Counted from the first letter of the stretch, positions 25,915 through 35,474 are shown. The stretch: 36,531 bases of DNA from an uncultured Weeksellaceae bacterium (GCA_964554275.1 CAZKOC010000003.1:1-36531), one strand, 5' to 3'. The notes: a model not told the origin generated them from the sequence alone. Numbers and translations: made by a program.

Positions 25915-28350
25915 ATGAATACCGAAGAAAATTTATATAATGATTCTTCTATAAACGAGGAGAGTAACAACCAGATCAATTTAAGATCTATATTGGAGCA
26001 ATATGCTTATTATTGGAAATGGTTTATTATAGGTGGGGTGTTGGCATTGATAGGCGCCTATATCTATTTGAGATATAGTACTCCCGAGTATAAGGTAGAG
26101 TCTAAAATATTGGTGCTGGACGAGTCAAATTCTATGGCTGGTGAATTGGCAGCCTTACAAGATTTATCCATTTTGTCAAGCGGGGCTAGAACAAATGTTG
26201 AAGACCAAATAGAGATTTTGAAATCCAGACGCCTGATGATGGAAGTGGCAAAGGAACTCAAACTTAATATAAGATACTTCACAGAAGGGAGGATTAAAAC
26301 TACTGAGATATTGAAAGAGAGTTCTCCTGTAAAGTTAACGTTATTGGATGAAAACATATTGACGCAGGATTCTGTGAGAGTATCCTTCCGTGTAAAAATT
26401 TTATCCCCCACAACTTTTGAATTTATTGAAGAGCCCACAGAAAACAAGATAAAAGGAGTTTTTGGTAAGACCCTGTCTACTTCTATTGGAGATATAGTTT
26501 TGTTACCAAATATGATTAATACCGGAAAGAATAAGGAGGAGCTGGTGTATATCAAAATAATACCTTTCATGAGTGTCGTTGAGACCTATAAAAATCGTTT
26601 ACAGATGGAGGCTACCGGTTCAATTGGTAGAAAAAATAATGTAATTACTCTTTCGTTGACAGACAATGTAAAAGAAAAGGCTGTTCGTATTATTGATGAA
26701 TTGGTAAGGCAATATAATTTGGATGCTTTCAATGATAAAAAAATAGTAGGAGAAAAAACCGCTATGTTTATCAATGAAAGACTAGATCTCATTTCTGCAG
26801 ATTTAAAAGGTGCAGACAAAAACGTACAGGAATTTAAATCTAAAAACAATGTTACGGATTTGGTTACAGAGACGGGAATTAACTTACAAAGCTCCGTATT
26901 GAACGATCAGAAATTTTTGGAATATTCTACTCAGCTTAACCTGATTGAATATATGAATGATTATTTAAAGTCCAATAAAGATGAGCTGGTACCTGCCAAT
27001 ATTGGTTTAAATGATGCTGCAATCAGTGCCACCACTCAAAAATACAATGAGTTGGTGTTGGAAAGAAATACGGCCCTGCAACACTCTACAGAGAAAAATC
27101 CAATCATACAGAATCTTAATCACCAAATAGATGAGGTTGGTAATACGCTCAAATCCAGCTTACAAAATTACAGGCAAACTACACAAATAGCTGTCAATAA
27201 AATAAAAGGGAGGGGAGGAAGCATTGACTCAAAAATATCGGCTTTTCCTAATCAGGAAAGAGAATTTCGAGATATATCAAGGCAACAGCAAATTGTTGAA
27301 GCCATTTATCTCTTTTTGTTGCAAAAAAGAGAGGAAACGGAAATTTCAAATGCTGCGACTCCATCGAAAATAAAGATTGTTGACACAGCTTATGGTAGTA
27401 ATATTCCGGTTTCTCCTAAAAAGAATATCATTTATTTGGCAGCGGGAATGTTAGGCTTTTTAATTCCTTTTGGAATTTTGTACGTTAAGTTCTTATTAGA
27501 TAATAAAGTACATTCCCGTAAAGAAGTTGAAGAAATTGTAAAAGCTCCTGTTATTGGTGATATACCTACTTCAGACAGTACATTTATTGAACAAAATGAC
27601 AGAAGTGTTTTGGCGGAAGCATTTCGTATTTTACGAACCAATATCAATTTTTATCTCTCGGGAAATAAGCAAGAAACAAAGACCATTTATGTGACTTCAA
27701 CCATAAGCGGTGAAGGTAAAACCTTTATTGCAACCAATCTTGCAATCATCTTTTCTTCTGCCACTACCAAAAACAGGGTGTTGATTATAGAGGCGGATAT
27801 CAGGAATCCAAAGGTATTGGAATATCTAGACCTAAAAAATTTAATGTCTAATCGAAAGGGAATTACCCACTTTTTGATGGATCATGATTTAACCCTGGAT
27901 GACATCATCATAAAAGACTCATCATTTACTTTTGACATAGTTCCTACGGGTGTTTTAGCACCTAATCCATCTGAGCTCCTGATGAACGGGAGGTTCAATC
28001 AAATTATTGAACAAGCTCAGGGAAAATATGATTTTATTATTGTAGATACCGCCCCTGTGGGTATGGTGGCCGATACCCAGTTGATTTCAGAAAAAGCAGA
28101 TTTACTGCTGTATGTGGCACGAGCCAATTATTTGGATAAACGTATGCTGAACGTACCAAAAGAGCTGTACCGAGATAAGAAGTTGCCTAATATGGCCATG
28201 CTTCTCAATGATGTCGGTTCCAATAAAGCCTACGGTTATGGTTACGGCTATGGTTACGGCTATGGCTATGGCTATGGTTACGGCTATGTACAAAAAAAGA
28301 AAAAGTGGTGGGAAAAATTCTTACCTAAGAATCCATTCAGGAAAAACTAA
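25915..28350 (+). CDS. wzc: Polysaccharide co-polymerase / BY tyrosine kinase Wzc
   Basis: Two TM segments flanking a coiled-coil periplasmic region, EAFRILRTN, Walker A GEGKT, EADIRNP, PNPSELL, IVDTAP, C-terminal Tyr cluster. Confidence 0.93.
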   Translation: MNTEENLYNDSSINEESNNQINLRSILEQYAYYWKWFIIGGVLALIGAYIYLRYSTPEYKVESKILVLDESNSMAGELAALQDLSILSSGARTNVEDQIEILKSRRLMMEVAKELKLNIRYFTEGRIKTTEILKESSPVKLTLLDENILTQDSVRVSFRVKILSPTTFEFIEEPTENKIKGVFGKTLSTSIGDIVLLPNMINTGKNKEELVYIKIIPFMSVVETYKNRLQMEATGSIGRKNNVITLSLTDNVKEKAVRIIDELVRQYNLDAFNDKKIVGEKTAMFINERLDLISADLKGADKNVQEFKSKNNVTDLVTETGINLQSSVLNDQKFLEYSTQLNLIEYMNDYLKSNKDELVPANIGLNDAAISATTQKYNELVLERNTALQHSTEKNPIIQNLNHQIDEVGNTLKSSLQNYRQTTQIAVNKIKGRGGSIDSKISAFPNQEREFRDISRQQQIVEAIYLFLLQKREETEISNAATPSKIKIVDTAYGSNIPVSPKKNIIYLAAGMLGFLIPFGILYVKFLLDNKVHSRKEVEEIVKAPVIGDIPTSDSTFIEQNDRSVLAEAFRILRTNINFYLSGNKQETKTIYVTSTISGEGKTFIATNLAIIFSSATTKNRVLIIEADIRNPKVLEYLDLKNLMSNRKGITHFLMDHDLTLDDIIIKDSSFTFDIVPTGVLAPNPSELLMNGRFNQIIEQAQGKYDFIIVDTAPVGMVADTQLISEKADLLLYVARANYLDKRMLNVPKELYRDKKLPNMAMLLNDVGSNKAYGYGYGYGYGYGYGYGYGYVQKKKKWWEKFLPKNPFRKN
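28231..28287 (+). repeat. 6-bp degenerate tandem repeat (TAYGGY) encoding (YG)9Y
   Basis: tac ggt tat ggt tac ggc tat ggt tac ggc tat ggc tat ggc tat ggt tac ggc tat. Confidence 0.9.
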
Positions 28351-28353
28351 CAG

Positions 28354-29577
28354 TTAAATAATTTCAGCTACCACAAAGGTGCTGCCGCCAACATAAATGA
28401 AATCATCTATGTTGGCGTTTTTTTTAGCATTTGATAGAGCATCTGTAATTGTAGGATAATAATGGGCATTTAACTCTTTTGGGACGATTTTTTTAAGTTC
28501 TTCTACAGGCATCTTACGTGGAACATCCGGCTCACTGAAGTGATAAACGGCATCTTCCGGGAAAATTTCCAAAATAGACTTTATGTCTTTGTCTTCTACA
28601 AAACCGAGAACCAGGTGAAGCTGATTGTAATCCGTTTCTTTTATTTGTCTCATAACTTCATTCAACCCATGTACGTTGTGAGCGGTATCTGTGGCGATTA
28701 AAGGATTTGTTTGTAAGATTTCCCACCTGCCCCTTAGTCCGGTATTTTTGACGACTTTCTTCAAACCTTTCTTTATGGATTTTTCATCTATTTTGAAGCC
28801 GCTTGTTTGTAAAATTTCAATTGCCGCTAAAACGGTCCTCCGGTTTTTTATCTGATAAATTCCTTTTAAATCTGAATCATATTCTTTGAATTCCTTTTCC
28901 TCGGCAAATACAATTTCAGCATTCATTTCTAATGCTTTTTTTTCAAAAACTTTTCGGCTTTCAGGAATTGACTCGCCAATGACCACAGGAATATCTGGTT
29001 TTATGATCCCCGCCTTTTCAAAAGCGATTTCTTCTATGGTATTCCCTAAAATATATGTATGGTCTAACCCGATATTGGTAATCACGGATAAAATAGGGGT
29101 TATAATATTGGTTGAATCCAATCTTCCTCCCAATCCGGTTTCTATCACTGCAATATCAACTTTTTCTTTTGCAAAATAGTCAAATGCCATCGCTATGGAA
29201 ACTTCAAAAAAAGATGCGTCTAAAGACTCTATTTTTCTTGCGTTTTGTTCTACAAAATCAATTACAAAATCCTCATTACACATATTACCATCTACCCGGA
29301 TTCTCTCTCTGAAATCTTTTAAATGAGGTGATGTGGTCAGGCCAACTTTATACCCCGCTTCCTGAAGTACAGATGCCAGCATGTGAGAAGTACTTCCTTT
29401 TCCGTTGGTTCCGGCAATATGTATGGTCGGGTATTTTTCCTGTGGATTTCCTAAGCGGTTTGTAAATTCGATAATATTGTACAAATCTTTTTTAAATGCT
29501 TTTGTACCGATTCTTTGGAACATGGGCAGTTTTTCATACAGCCATTCCACTGTTTGAGCATAATTTTTTCTCATCAT
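28354..29577 (-). CDS. folC: Bifunctional folylpolyglutamate/dihydrofolate synthase
   Basis: IHIAGTNGKGS, TSPHL..FRERI, ETGLGGRLDSTN, IGLDH, EKAGIIK, GRWE, DTAHN, GGS. Confidence 0.95.
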   Translation of the reverse strand: MMRKNYAQTVEWLYEKLPMFQRIGTKAFKKDLYNIIEFTNRLGNPQEKYPTIHIAGTNGKGSTSHMLASVLQEAGYKVGLTTSPHLKDFRERIRVDGNMCNEDFVIDFVEQNARKIESLDASFFEVSIAMAFDYFAKEKVDIAVIETGLGGRLDSTNIITPILSVITNIGLDHTYILGNTIEEIAFEKAGIIKPDIPVVIGESIPESRKVFEKKALEMNAEIVFAEEKEFKEYDSDLKGIYQIKNRRTVLAAIEILQTSGFKIDEKSIKKGLKKVVKNTGLRGRWEILQTNPLIATDTAHNVHGLNEVMRQIKETDYNQLHLVLGFVEDKDIKSILEIFPEDAVYHFSEPDVPRKMPVEELKKIVPKELNAHYYPTITDALSNAKKNANIDDFIYVGGSTFVVAEII

Positions 29578-29588
29578 TTAATCAGGCA

Positions 29589-30722
29589 TTATACCTTAGC
29601 AATAATTCTCAACCAAATATAACCTATAATTCCGGCAATAAATGAGGCGCACATGACGATAAATTTTGCATTGTTGATTATCTGGAAATCATCGAAAGCA
29701 AGTAGCGTGATAAAAATAGACATTGTGAATCCTATTCCGGCAAGAAATCCAACCCCGATGAGATTTGTCCAATTCATCCCTGTAGGTAATTTACAAATTC
29801 CTATGAATGTAGCAATCAGGCAAAATATAAATATACCCAGCGGTTTTCCTAAAACTAAACCGCCTAAGATCCCTAAAGCATAAGCTTCCCCGAAATTATC
29901 CCCCCAATTGGGAGCGATTGTTATGGCAGTATTGGCGAGTGCGAAAATTGGTAGAATAATAAACGCAACCGGAATATGTAACCGGTGTTGTAACTGATAG
30001 GATTTGGACAATGAATCATCTTTGTGAAAGGGAATTGTCATGGCAAGTAAAACCCCTGAAATAGTTGGGTGAATTCCGGAGTTTAGCATAAAATACCACA
30101 TACAAATCCCTCCGATGAGGTATATCCAGATAAATTGAATCCTCATTTTATTGAGTAGTAACAACAGGATAAAAATAGCCAGTGCGATTCCGAGATTGAG
30201 CCAATAAATGGTAGAGCTGTAAAATGCGGCTATTACCACAATTGCTCCTAAATCATCAATCACTGCAAGAGCAGTTAAAAATACCTTGAGTGAGAGTGGG
30301 ACTTTTTTCCCAAGCAAAGACAAAATGCCGATTGCAAATGCGATATCAGTTGCCATAGGAATCCCAAATCCGGATTCGGTTGTTGTGCCTGCATTGAAAT
30401 AGATATAAACAGCTGCCGGAACCACCATTCCTCCCAATGCGCCAATGATTGGGAGTAAAGCATTTTTAATTTCTGACAATTCTCCCGTAATGACTTCTCT
30501 TTTTAATTCCAATCCAATTAAAAAAAAGAAGATCACCATCAAACCATCGTTGATCCAATGAGTTAAGTGATGATTGAAAATTCTGGTTTGCCAGAAATTT
30601 TCATACGAAATCCCCGATGGAGAATTAGCGATCAACAATGAGAACAGGGCACAGATGAGTAGTACAATTCCGCCTGATTGCTGGCTTTTAAAGAAATTTA
30701 GAAAGATCCTTTGCACCTTCAT
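29589..30722 (-). CDS. nhaA: Na+/H+ antiporter NhaA
   Basis: WINDGLM, GLELKRE, PMATDIAF, LAVIDDLG, GKPLG, GIGFTMSIF. ATG at 30722 preferred because 30836 overlaps the kinase gene. Confidence 0.95.
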   Translation of the reverse strand: MKVQRIFLNFFKSQQSGGIVLLICALFSLLIANSPSGISYENFWQTRIFNHHLTHWINDGLMVIFFFLIGLELKREVITGELSEIKNALLPIIGALGGMVVPAAVYIYFNAGTTTESGFGIPMATDIAFAIGILSLLGKKVPLSLKVFLTALAVIDDLGAIVVIAAFYSSTIYWLNLGIALAIFILLLLLNKMRIQFIWIYLIGGICMWYFMLNSGIHPTISGVLLAMTIPFHKDDSLSKSYQLQHRLHIPVAFIILPIFALANTAITIAPNWGDNFGEAYALGILGGLVLGKPLGIFIFCLIATFIGICKLPTGMNWTNLIGVGFLAGIGFTMSIFITLLAFDDFQIINNAKFIVMCASFIAGIIGYIWLRIIAKV

Positions 30723-30762
30723 GGTACGAAAATACAAAATCCTTTTTGAGCGAAAGAATTGT

Positions 30763-32631
30763 TTAAATGTTGATTTTAAGTTTGGTTCCTCTGCCGTTGT
30801 TGGTTGTAATGTTGAGTTCTCCTCCCAGTTCTGCAATTCTTTTATGCATATTATGAATCCCGTTTCCTAACTTCACATTGCTTTCACTGAGCCCAATCCC
30901 GTCGTCCGAAATTTCTATGATGAAATGTCCGCCCGATTCTTCAAATTTTACACTTATTTCAGAGGGTTGTGCATGTTTTATGGAGTTGTTAATTGATTCC
31001 TGGATCACACGGTAAATATTAATTCCCTCAAGTGCGGAAAATGAATATTCCTCATCTATCTTTTCATCCATTTCAAAATGAAAATTGATTCCTTTGGTTG
31101 CTAATTTTGCATTTTCTATGAAATTGTTGATACGTATTTTCAAATCGGCAAAGGAAATATTTTCTTTATTCATCGCCCAGATAGTATCTCTCAGTTCGGT
31201 AATGGTATTTCTTGTAAAGAAACTGATGTCTTCTAACCGGTTCGACATTTCGGGATTTTCTTTTGTCAATACAAACTTCAAATTATCTATGGAAGAGATG
31301 ATAAAAGTAAGCTGAGAACCAATGTTGTCATGCAGGTCTCTTGAAATCCTGAGTCGTTGTTCCTGTAACTTATTTTGGGTTTCGATTTTTATAAGTGCGT
31401 CTTTGAGCTGGTTTTCTTTCTCCAATTGTTTATTCCTGATTTTCTGGACACGATAGAATTGATACCCGATCAATCCTGCTAAAAGAGCTAAACCGATTAC
31501 ACCAATGATAAGCTGGTTTTTTCGTTCTATTTTCAATTGTTTCTCGGCCAATTGCGCGCGCTGTACAAGGATTTCTTTTTCTTTTTTCTCGGTTTGGTAT
31601 TTGGTTTCTACTTCATGTAATTGTAGTAAATTGTTTTCGCGCCTTATGCTATCGGAAACAGTATTATAGGTTTTGTAGTATTGGTTGGCTTCTTTGAACC
31701 GCTGTAGTTGTTCGTTGTAAGTTATATAATTATATATGCTTGTGAGGTAATCTTCTGATATTTTATTCTCTTTTGAGAATATATAAGCGCTGTCTATGTA
31801 TTTTCGGGCGGTTTCGTAATCCTTTTTATCAATTAGAATTTGCGCAATATTATTGTAGGTTGACGCTACCCCTCCTAAATTTTTTATTGATTTTTCAATG
31901 CTTAATACTTCTTTGAAATAATGGAAAGCCTCATTTAATTGTCCTTTGTAATAGTAAATTCCCCCCACGTTATTCAATGATTCTGAAATCCCTTTCTTGT
32001 CTTTGAGCTCCCTTTCTATTTTAAGAGATTTTGTGAAATACTCCAAAGCACTATCTAAGCTGTCCTGGTTAACCAGTATCATAGCATAATTATTGAAAGA
32101 CTCGGAAAGGCCTTTTTTATTTTGCGCTTTAGTAAATTTTTCAATGGCGATTTTATTGTATTCTTTAGCTTTATCATAAAACTCCAGCGAGTTGTATACC
32201 ACTCCGAGATTGCTGCTTACGGTAGCATATTCATTCTCCATTTGGAGTTTTTCGTAATCTCTCAATGCCTGTATGTAGAATTTTACGGCCTCTTCGTATT
32301 TCCCCAAAGAACGGTTGCAGGCACCTATATTGTTATAGGCAGATGCCTGTAGCTGAAGATCTTTTGTCCCTAAAACTTTTAAAGAATATTGCTTTGCCTT
32401 TTCAAATTCTCCCAAGAATCGATATACTATCCCGAAACTATTGTTTGTGCGTTGGATGTCTAATTTTTCTTTTGAAAGTTTTTCCGCCTCTTCTAAAAAT
32501 GACAATGCTCTTTTTGTGTCTGTCCGGTAAATCTTTAAAGCTTCGTCATTTAATTTTTCGATATTTTTTTGCTGAGCATACAGTAAGACGTTTGCCAAAA
32601 ATAATAGAAGAAGAAATATAATTTTTTTCAT
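30763..32631 (-). CDS. TPR-containing sensor histidine kinase (HisKA_3 type)
   Basis: Signal peptide, multiple TPRs (AYNNIG, SLNNVG, TYNNIA), TM segment, RISRDLHDNIG, QESINNSIKHA, DDGIG, GNG, GTK. Confidence 0.92.
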   Translation of the reverse strand: MKKIIFLLLLFLANVLLYAQQKNIEKLNDEALKIYRTDTKRALSFLEEAEKLSKEKLDIQRTNNSFGIVYRFLGEFEKAKQYSLKVLGTKDLQLQASAYNNIGACNRSLGKYEEAVKFYIQALRDYEKLQMENEYATVSSNLGVVYNSLEFYDKAKEYNKIAIEKFTKAQNKKGLSESFNNYAMILVNQDSLDSALEYFTKSLKIERELKDKKGISESLNNVGGIYYYKGQLNEAFHYFKEVLSIEKSIKNLGGVASTYNNIAQILIDKKDYETARKYIDSAYIFSKENKISEDYLTSIYNYITYNEQLQRFKEANQYYKTYNTVSDSIRRENNLLQLHEVETKYQTEKKEKEILVQRAQLAEKQLKIERKNQLIIGVIGLALLAGLIGYQFYRVQKIRNKQLEKENQLKDALIKIETQNKLQEQRLRISRDLHDNIGSQLTFIISSIDNLKFVLTKENPEMSNRLEDISFFTRNTITELRDTIWAMNKENISFADLKIRINNFIENAKLATKGINFHFEMDEKIDEEYSFSALEGINIYRVIQESINNSIKHAQPSEISVKFEESGGHFIIEISDDGIGLSESNVKLGNGIHNMHKRIAELGGELNITTNNGRGTKLKINI

Positions 32632-32987
32632 GTCCTTTGCTTTAGTAGTAATTAAGGTAGATAAACTTTCCTACACTCCCTGAAGATGAAAAAGAAATTA
32701 ATTTTCAATAATAATTTCTAGCCATAAAGCCCTTGAGAGTAGGTATAAAAATATAAAAATAAACTACTCATTTTCAAAACAATCAACATTATTTTTAGCA
32801 GGCCATTTTGAATGAATAAGCAAGTCTATTTATGAGAAAGAAAATAGCGTAGTGACGGTTAATTCAAATTTAATCAAACAATCACGAAATTTTGTTTTTT
32901 TTTATTTTTACCGCCACCACGCATCCTCAAACCACATTAATTAACTCAATTTATGAACGACTTATTTGTTGTTTTTAGTAGTAGAGA

Positions 32988-33006
32988 AGACCCCTTTTGG
33001 GGGTTT
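32988..33006 (-). terminator. Weak hairpin after the lipoprotein gene
   Basis: Minus strand ACCCC-CAAAA-GGGGT followed by CTTCTCT. Confidence 0.35.
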
Positions 33007-33021
33007 AAATTGTTTAGAGAA

Positions 33022-33555
33022 TTACTGAAAATTCACATTAAATGAGCCTTCAGTCACATTTTTTATACTTCCGTCACCATTTACATTTTTACACTGAAAT
33101 GTAAAAGTTCCTTTTACATAAGCATCGGTAACTTCTGTAATTTTGACTTCTCCGGCCTGATTGGCATCATACGGAGCCTGCCAATTATAGGTTTGGGAAT
33201 TCATAGGGTTGTTTATGTCCACAACGATTTCTGAATAAGAAGCACTGTTGGCTATATTAGCTCCTCCTCCGATAGGATAGGTACCCACACCGTCAAAATT
33301 TAAAATAAGCATCGAAAAGGCTTTGCTGGAAGTTCCTCCGGTATTTCCCTGAATGCTTAAGCTCCCAGATACATTGTGAGCAAAGGTTACCATTTCCATC
33401 GTTGTAATTGTTGTTCCATTCACCTTTGCTGTAATAGTTCCCGCTGCAGCGCTTCCGCCGCTTCCTCCGTCGTCGTCACTCTTACATGAAAAAGTAAAGA
33501 TTGCGGTTGAAATAAGCAATAACGCAAAAATGTTAAGTTGTTTAATCGTTTTCAT
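33022..33555 (-). CDS. Lipoprotein of unknown function (DUF6252-like, beta-rich)
   Basis: Lipobox TFSC followed by KSDDD and a Gly/Ser linker; TAKVNG, GTYPI, VKGTFTF, VTEGSF. Confidence 0.75.
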   Translation of the reverse strand: MKTIKQLNIFALLLISTAIFTFSCKSDDDGGSGGSAAAGTITAKVNGTTITTMEMVTFAHNVSGSLSIQGNTGGTSSKAFSMLILNFDGVGTYPIGGGANIANSASYSEIVVDINNPMNSQTYNWQAPYDANQAGEVKITEVTDAYVKGTFTFQCKNVNGDGSIKNVTEGSFNVNFQ

Positions 33556-33609
33556 AATTTTTTATTTAATAATTTTGATACAAATTTTGTGATTCATAGT
33601 ACTTTAGGC

Positions 33610-33629
33610 AATACGGCATTTGCCCTATT
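33610..33629. promoter_or_regulatory. Inverted repeat, candidate NarL/LuxR-family binding site
   Basis: AATACGGCA-TT-TGCCCTATT (8/9 symmetric), about 21 nt upstream of a degenerate -7 element AAAATTTG (33588-33581, minus strand). Confidence 0.55.
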
Positions 33630-33668
33630 TTTAAATAAGGAATTTAAAACGTCTAACTATGAATGTGA

Positions 33669-34322
33669 TTAAATGAGCTTTATCCTCTCGGCTTTTTGTA
33701 TCGCTTCGAGTTTATTGTGTACCTGAAGTTTTTTGTAGATGTTTTCAATATGTTTGCGAACCGTGCTGGGGGAAAGAAATAAATTTTCAGCAATGGTTGT
33801 ATAGTTCAGGCCTTTGCTTAATTGCTCCAGAACATCAATTTCCCTTGGAGAAAGCTTGACTTCTTCCTGTTGAGTAGCATTATTTTTAAATTCAACCGGA
33901 TTGCGCAAAAGTTTAAGTGTCTTCAGGGCAATAGACGGGGTCATGGCCGCACCGCCATTCATGGTTTCCAAAATGCCATTGTAAAGATTTTGCGGCTCTA
34001 TCTCTTTTAAGAGATAACCGTCGGCACCGGCTTTTATGGAATTGAATATATTTTCATCATTGTCAAAAACGGTGAGCATCACAATTTTTATATGCGGATA
34101 TCTTTTTTTGATTTCTTCCGTGGCTTCGATTCCGTTCATTACCGGCATTTCAATATCCATCAGGATCAAATCCACAATCGAGTCTTCTTTCAGTTTCTCA
34201 GTTAAATCTTTTCCGTTAACTGCCGTAAATTTGAGCTTCAGGTCATTGAAAAAGGAAAGTTTTTCTTCGATGACCCTGGTCAGAAAAAAGTTATCTTCAG
34301 CTATGGCAATTTTCACAATCAC
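33669..34322 (-). CDS. NarL/LuxR-family response regulator
   Basis: IAED, LMDIEMP, MLT, GADGYLLK receiver domain; LSPRE...IAENLFLS..TVRKH...KLQV HTH; GTG start. Confidence 0.95.
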   Translation of the reverse strand: MIVKIAIAEDNFFLTRVIEEKLSFFNDLKLKFTAVNGKDLTEKLKEDSIVDLILMDIEMPVMNGIEATEEIKKRYPHIKIVMLTVFDNDENIFNSIKAGADGYLLKEIEPQNLYNGILETMNGGAAMTPSIALKTLKLLRNPVEFKNNATQQEEVKLSPREIDVLEQLSKGLNYTTIAENLFLSPSTVRKHIENIYKKLQVHNKLEAIQKAERIKLI

Positions 34323-34341
34323 TCTTTAAAATTAACTAAAT

Positions 34342-35394
34342 TTAGGAATATATAACTCCCGAACTGTGATTTTTTTTCGCTCCCGTCACAGAACTTAAAA
34401 CATTGATTTCATTTTCGGATTTTAAAATTCCCATTAAAGCAAAAACCAATGCTTCTTTGAAATCAATGATTTTCTCATCCGGAATGATGATTTCCGTTTT
34501 GGTATTTGCGCTCAATCTTTCAATTAAAAATTTATTTTTTGTACCGCCACCCGTAACCAAAACATTTTTGAATTGGTTTCGGTTAAAAACACAACTGATC
34601 TGCCGGGCAAAATGCTCTACGAAAGTTGCCAATAAATCTTCATTTTTTGAATTTGAGTTTTCAATTAATGGAAAAACGTTTTCTATACACCACTCAATTC
34701 CTAATGATTTAGGTGGATTTTCTTCATAATAATCCAACGAATTTAATTCATTCAAAAGCAAATCATTAATAATTCCATTTTGGGCTAAATTGCCATTTTT
34801 ATCATACTTTATACCTAATTTTTCCGCTAAATGATTCAAAATGATATTCAAAGGCGAAACATCAAATGCAACGCGTTCATTTTCTTTTTTGAATGATATA
34901 TTAGAAAATCCGCCCAGATTCAGGCAAGCATCAAATTCACCAAATAACAATTCATCTCCAATCGGGACCAACGGCGCTCCCTGTCCACCCAAAGCTACAT
35001 CCTGCGAACGAAAATCGCAAACGGTTTTTATGCCGGTTTCTGCAAAAATTGAAGCCCCGCTACCGATCTGTAAGGTGTATTTTTCTTTTGGATTATGAAA
35101 AACCGTATGTCCGTGCGAAGCCATCAAATCTACTTTCTGAATTTGATTTTTTCGGATGAATTCATTGACGGATTTACCTAAATAAGATCCATAATCTGCG
35201 TCTAATTTCGTCAATTCCCGTCCCGGTAAATGAATTGAATTTTTTAACCTGGAACTCCATTCTTCCGAATAAGAAATCGTTTCGGTTGAAATGATTTCAA
35301 ATCTCAATGATGGAATTTCAAATTTTACATAGCATAAGTCCAAACCATCCAAAGATGTTCCTGACATCAGCCCGGTTACATAAAATGTTTTCAT
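34342..35394 (-). CDS. anmK: Anhydro-N-acetylmuramic acid kinase
   Basis: GLMSGTSLDGLD, SHGHTVFH, DFR..D...GGQGAPLVP, LNLGGFSN, PPKSLG.E, TGGG, KEA..FA, VTGA. Confidence 0.95.
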   Translation of the reverse strand: MKTFYVTGLMSGTSLDGLDLCYVKFEIPSLRFEIISTETISYSEEWSSRLKNSIHLPGRELTKLDADYGSYLGKSVNEFIRKNQIQKVDLMASHGHTVFHNPKEKYTLQIGSGASIFAETGIKTVCDFRSQDVALGGQGAPLVPIGDELLFGEFDACLNLGGFSNISFKKENERVAFDVSPLNIILNHLAEKLGIKYDKNGNLAQNGIINDLLLNELNSLDYYEENPPKSLGIEWCIENVFPLIENSNSKNEDLLATFVEHFARQISCVFNRNQFKNVLVTGGGTKNKFLIERLSANTKTEIIIPDEKIIDFKEALVFALMGILKSENEINVLSSVTGAKKNHSSGVIYS

Positions 35395-35409
35395 GCAGAA
35401 ATTTGTTCA

Positions 35410-35441
35410 GCCTCGTGGGTTTCAAACCCTAACAAGGGTTT
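35410..35441. repeat. Short nested palindrome, REP-like
   Basis: GGGTTT-C-AAACCC overlapping AAACCCT-AACA-AGGGTTT. Confidence 0.35.
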
Positions 35442-35474
35442 ATTATTTGCCCCGGAAATTTAACTAAAATTCCG

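Noticed and set aside
30723..30836. Extended nhaA N-terminus
   Set aside because: It overlaps the kinase 3' end; ATG 30722 fits the NhaA start and follows a TATTTTCG promoter-like box.
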